Assembly: GCF_964355755.1 (NCBI RefSeq)
Contig: NC_092677.1
Coordinates: 14,964,101 to 15,028,100 of the forward strand
DNA length: 64,000 bases
Direction of reading: 5' to 3'
DNA from: Antedon mediterranea
Taxonomy: Eukaryota; Animalia; Echinodermata
In this document: piece after piece, positions 62,601 to 64,000 of the stretch
Numbering within the stretch: position 1 is the first letter of the stretch
How the letters are laid out: each line of letters begins with the position of its first letter
Position numbers and translations under genes: made by a program
Notes under the pieces: generated by a model
Told to the model about the DNA's origin: nothing
Database searches by the model: none
The model's input: the letters and a program-made list of their open reading frames with translations, nothing else

Positions 62601-64000
62601 TACAACTGCATCCCATCGATGTAACCAATGACGGATGTCCAGCCGCACAACCATCCCTTCATTCGCCCAGTCTTCAAATAGCCTTTCCAGCCAAGCTGTC
62701 CCTCCATCACTACAATTTAATTTACATTAAATTTAATGAGATAACTTATAGATGGGAAACATGGGAAGAAAAAAAAAGGGAATTAAACTCGGCATCTTTC
62801 TGGAAAAAAAAGTTGAAAAGCCAATTAGACGCGAGCACAATGCATAGCACTCTCTTACTCCGTCCATTCTATGTTCAGGCATTAGGTTAGGATATTATAC
62901 TCACCTGCAGCAATTGTTGTCTGCATAAATTATCTTGGGTGCTGGTGCATTGGCTCGTTTGAACCTGGCAATGAGACCACAGGCCATCCGCTTGTAGCAG
63001 CTCTCCGACTCTGCAGCCACAGCAACTGTTGTCACAAACTGACCCCACTCATTTAGGACACTAGTGAGGTACTGCATAGAGTTTTTTCCATCGCCATAGA
63101 TTTTCTTGAGAATCTGATAAAATGAAGTAAGAGAAAACGAAAATAGAAGCTTACATGAAATTATCAAATAGACAAAACAGTGATCAGTATAAAATGTTCT
63201 AACCTGTTTAGTTCCATCGATACAAAGAATCTCTCCAGTTACACTCAGAATGGAGGCTCTATAAACTGACATTTTTTCCATCTCCATGATCAGGTGTGCA
63301 CGGCGGAGCACTCGAGGAGAAGGCACGGGAGTCTGCGGGACAGGAGGGGTGTAGCTGCCTGGAGATTTGATAAAAGGAAGGATTCCTGGCTGAGATGCAC
63401 TACTGGTGGATGTATGTGCCTGAAACAGAAGAGTCTGGTACATGTCCCTTCTTTCTGCATACCACTCGTCATGCCCATGCTGCAGCATCCTCTGGCATTT
63501 GGTCATTGACACTGCATTGAGACGATCAGTCAGTAGGGAGACGACATTTCTGTCAATAGCCCTCTTACCACACACGATAGCTGGAAATATTGTACGAACT
63601 GCAGGGGCTAAGTTCATCAGTATGTCAGCGCTGTAGGCAAGCCATCTATATTGCCGCTCCTGTTGCTTTCCATCTTTCTCTTTGTCGCTGTCAGCCTTGC
63701 CAGCCTTGCGCATATGCATGCAGTAACTGCATTGCAACCTCTCCGTTAACAAAGTATAATGAAAGTTCAGTCCACATACCTGGCGTGGATTATTTCCGAA
63801 TCCACATCTTGACAGGTAGGTATCAGGGGGAGCAGGGCAGTTTGGGTTTGGGCATTTCACTTTAACTCCCATGATGCCAACCGGTCTCCAGAAGAACACT
63901 GGTGTGGAAAAAAAAGCAAGCATGTTGGGAAGTTCTCCTTTGATCGCAGTTGGTATAGGTGGTGGATTGAAGTGCATTTTAGGTTTGCATACTTTTCGCT
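59609..64000 (-). CDS. Dada/DUF6729-type DDE transposase; spliced, 5'-incomplete, at least 1092 aa. Exons >64000-63204, 63113-62905, 62709-62388, 62182-62039, 61944-61780, 61469-61181, 60984-59609
   Basis: Six GT-AG introns with consistent phases and no stops. Motifs: FFWRP..KCP..C, LCIDGTKQ (D), VLNEWGQ, IYADNNCC (D), VRLDIRHW (DxxH), RRITRG, QDPP..LY, YRCRRGSNSLEGLH (E), QWN, and a Cys-rich C-terminus. Confidence 0.88.

Larger units (their letters stand above)
57898..64000 (-). mobile_element. Dada-superfamily-like DNA transposon inserted antisense in 5S rDNA; continues beyond the window
   Basis: Begins exactly at the 5S breakpoint, shows no TIR relationship to the other element end at 56905, and carries a DDE transposase gene. 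Confidence 0.8.

Noticed and set aside
62901-63977. 358-aa ORF as a stand-alone gene (likewise 59609-61039 and 61014-61469)
   Set aside because: These are exons of one spliced transposase with intron read-through, including a 90-nt in-frame intron at 63114-63203.

Overview
AT-rich, intron-containing animal DNA; an invertebrate, probably echinoderm-like (inferred from repeat types, not proven). Bases 1-11 kb hold two head-to-head host genes: CCDC15 (minus strand, 7 exons visible, 3' end outside the window) and a complete 6-exon cytosolic sulfotransferase (plus strand, 291 aa). The remaining ~50 kb is a dense nest of transposons: Harbinger/Kolobok/hAT5-type MITEs, two AcademX elements (one carrying a 2.3-kb palindromic Academ), L2, RTE, Penelope, MULE and Gypsy fragments, and an intact Mag-type Gypsy with identical LTRs. 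Main result: two adjacent 5S rRNA genes are each broken at the same site (shared overlap CTGGGAAT, 5S nt 95-102) by TIR-less elements of the Dada/DUF6729-type DDE transposase family. The right element has an apparently intact 7-exon transposase of at least 1092 aa. The left element ends in a 27-bp mimic of the 5S internal control region it displaced and has expanded into a ~5.4-kb tandem array of scrambled, co-oriented TE fragments. Family assignments come from recalled motifs; no database searches were run.
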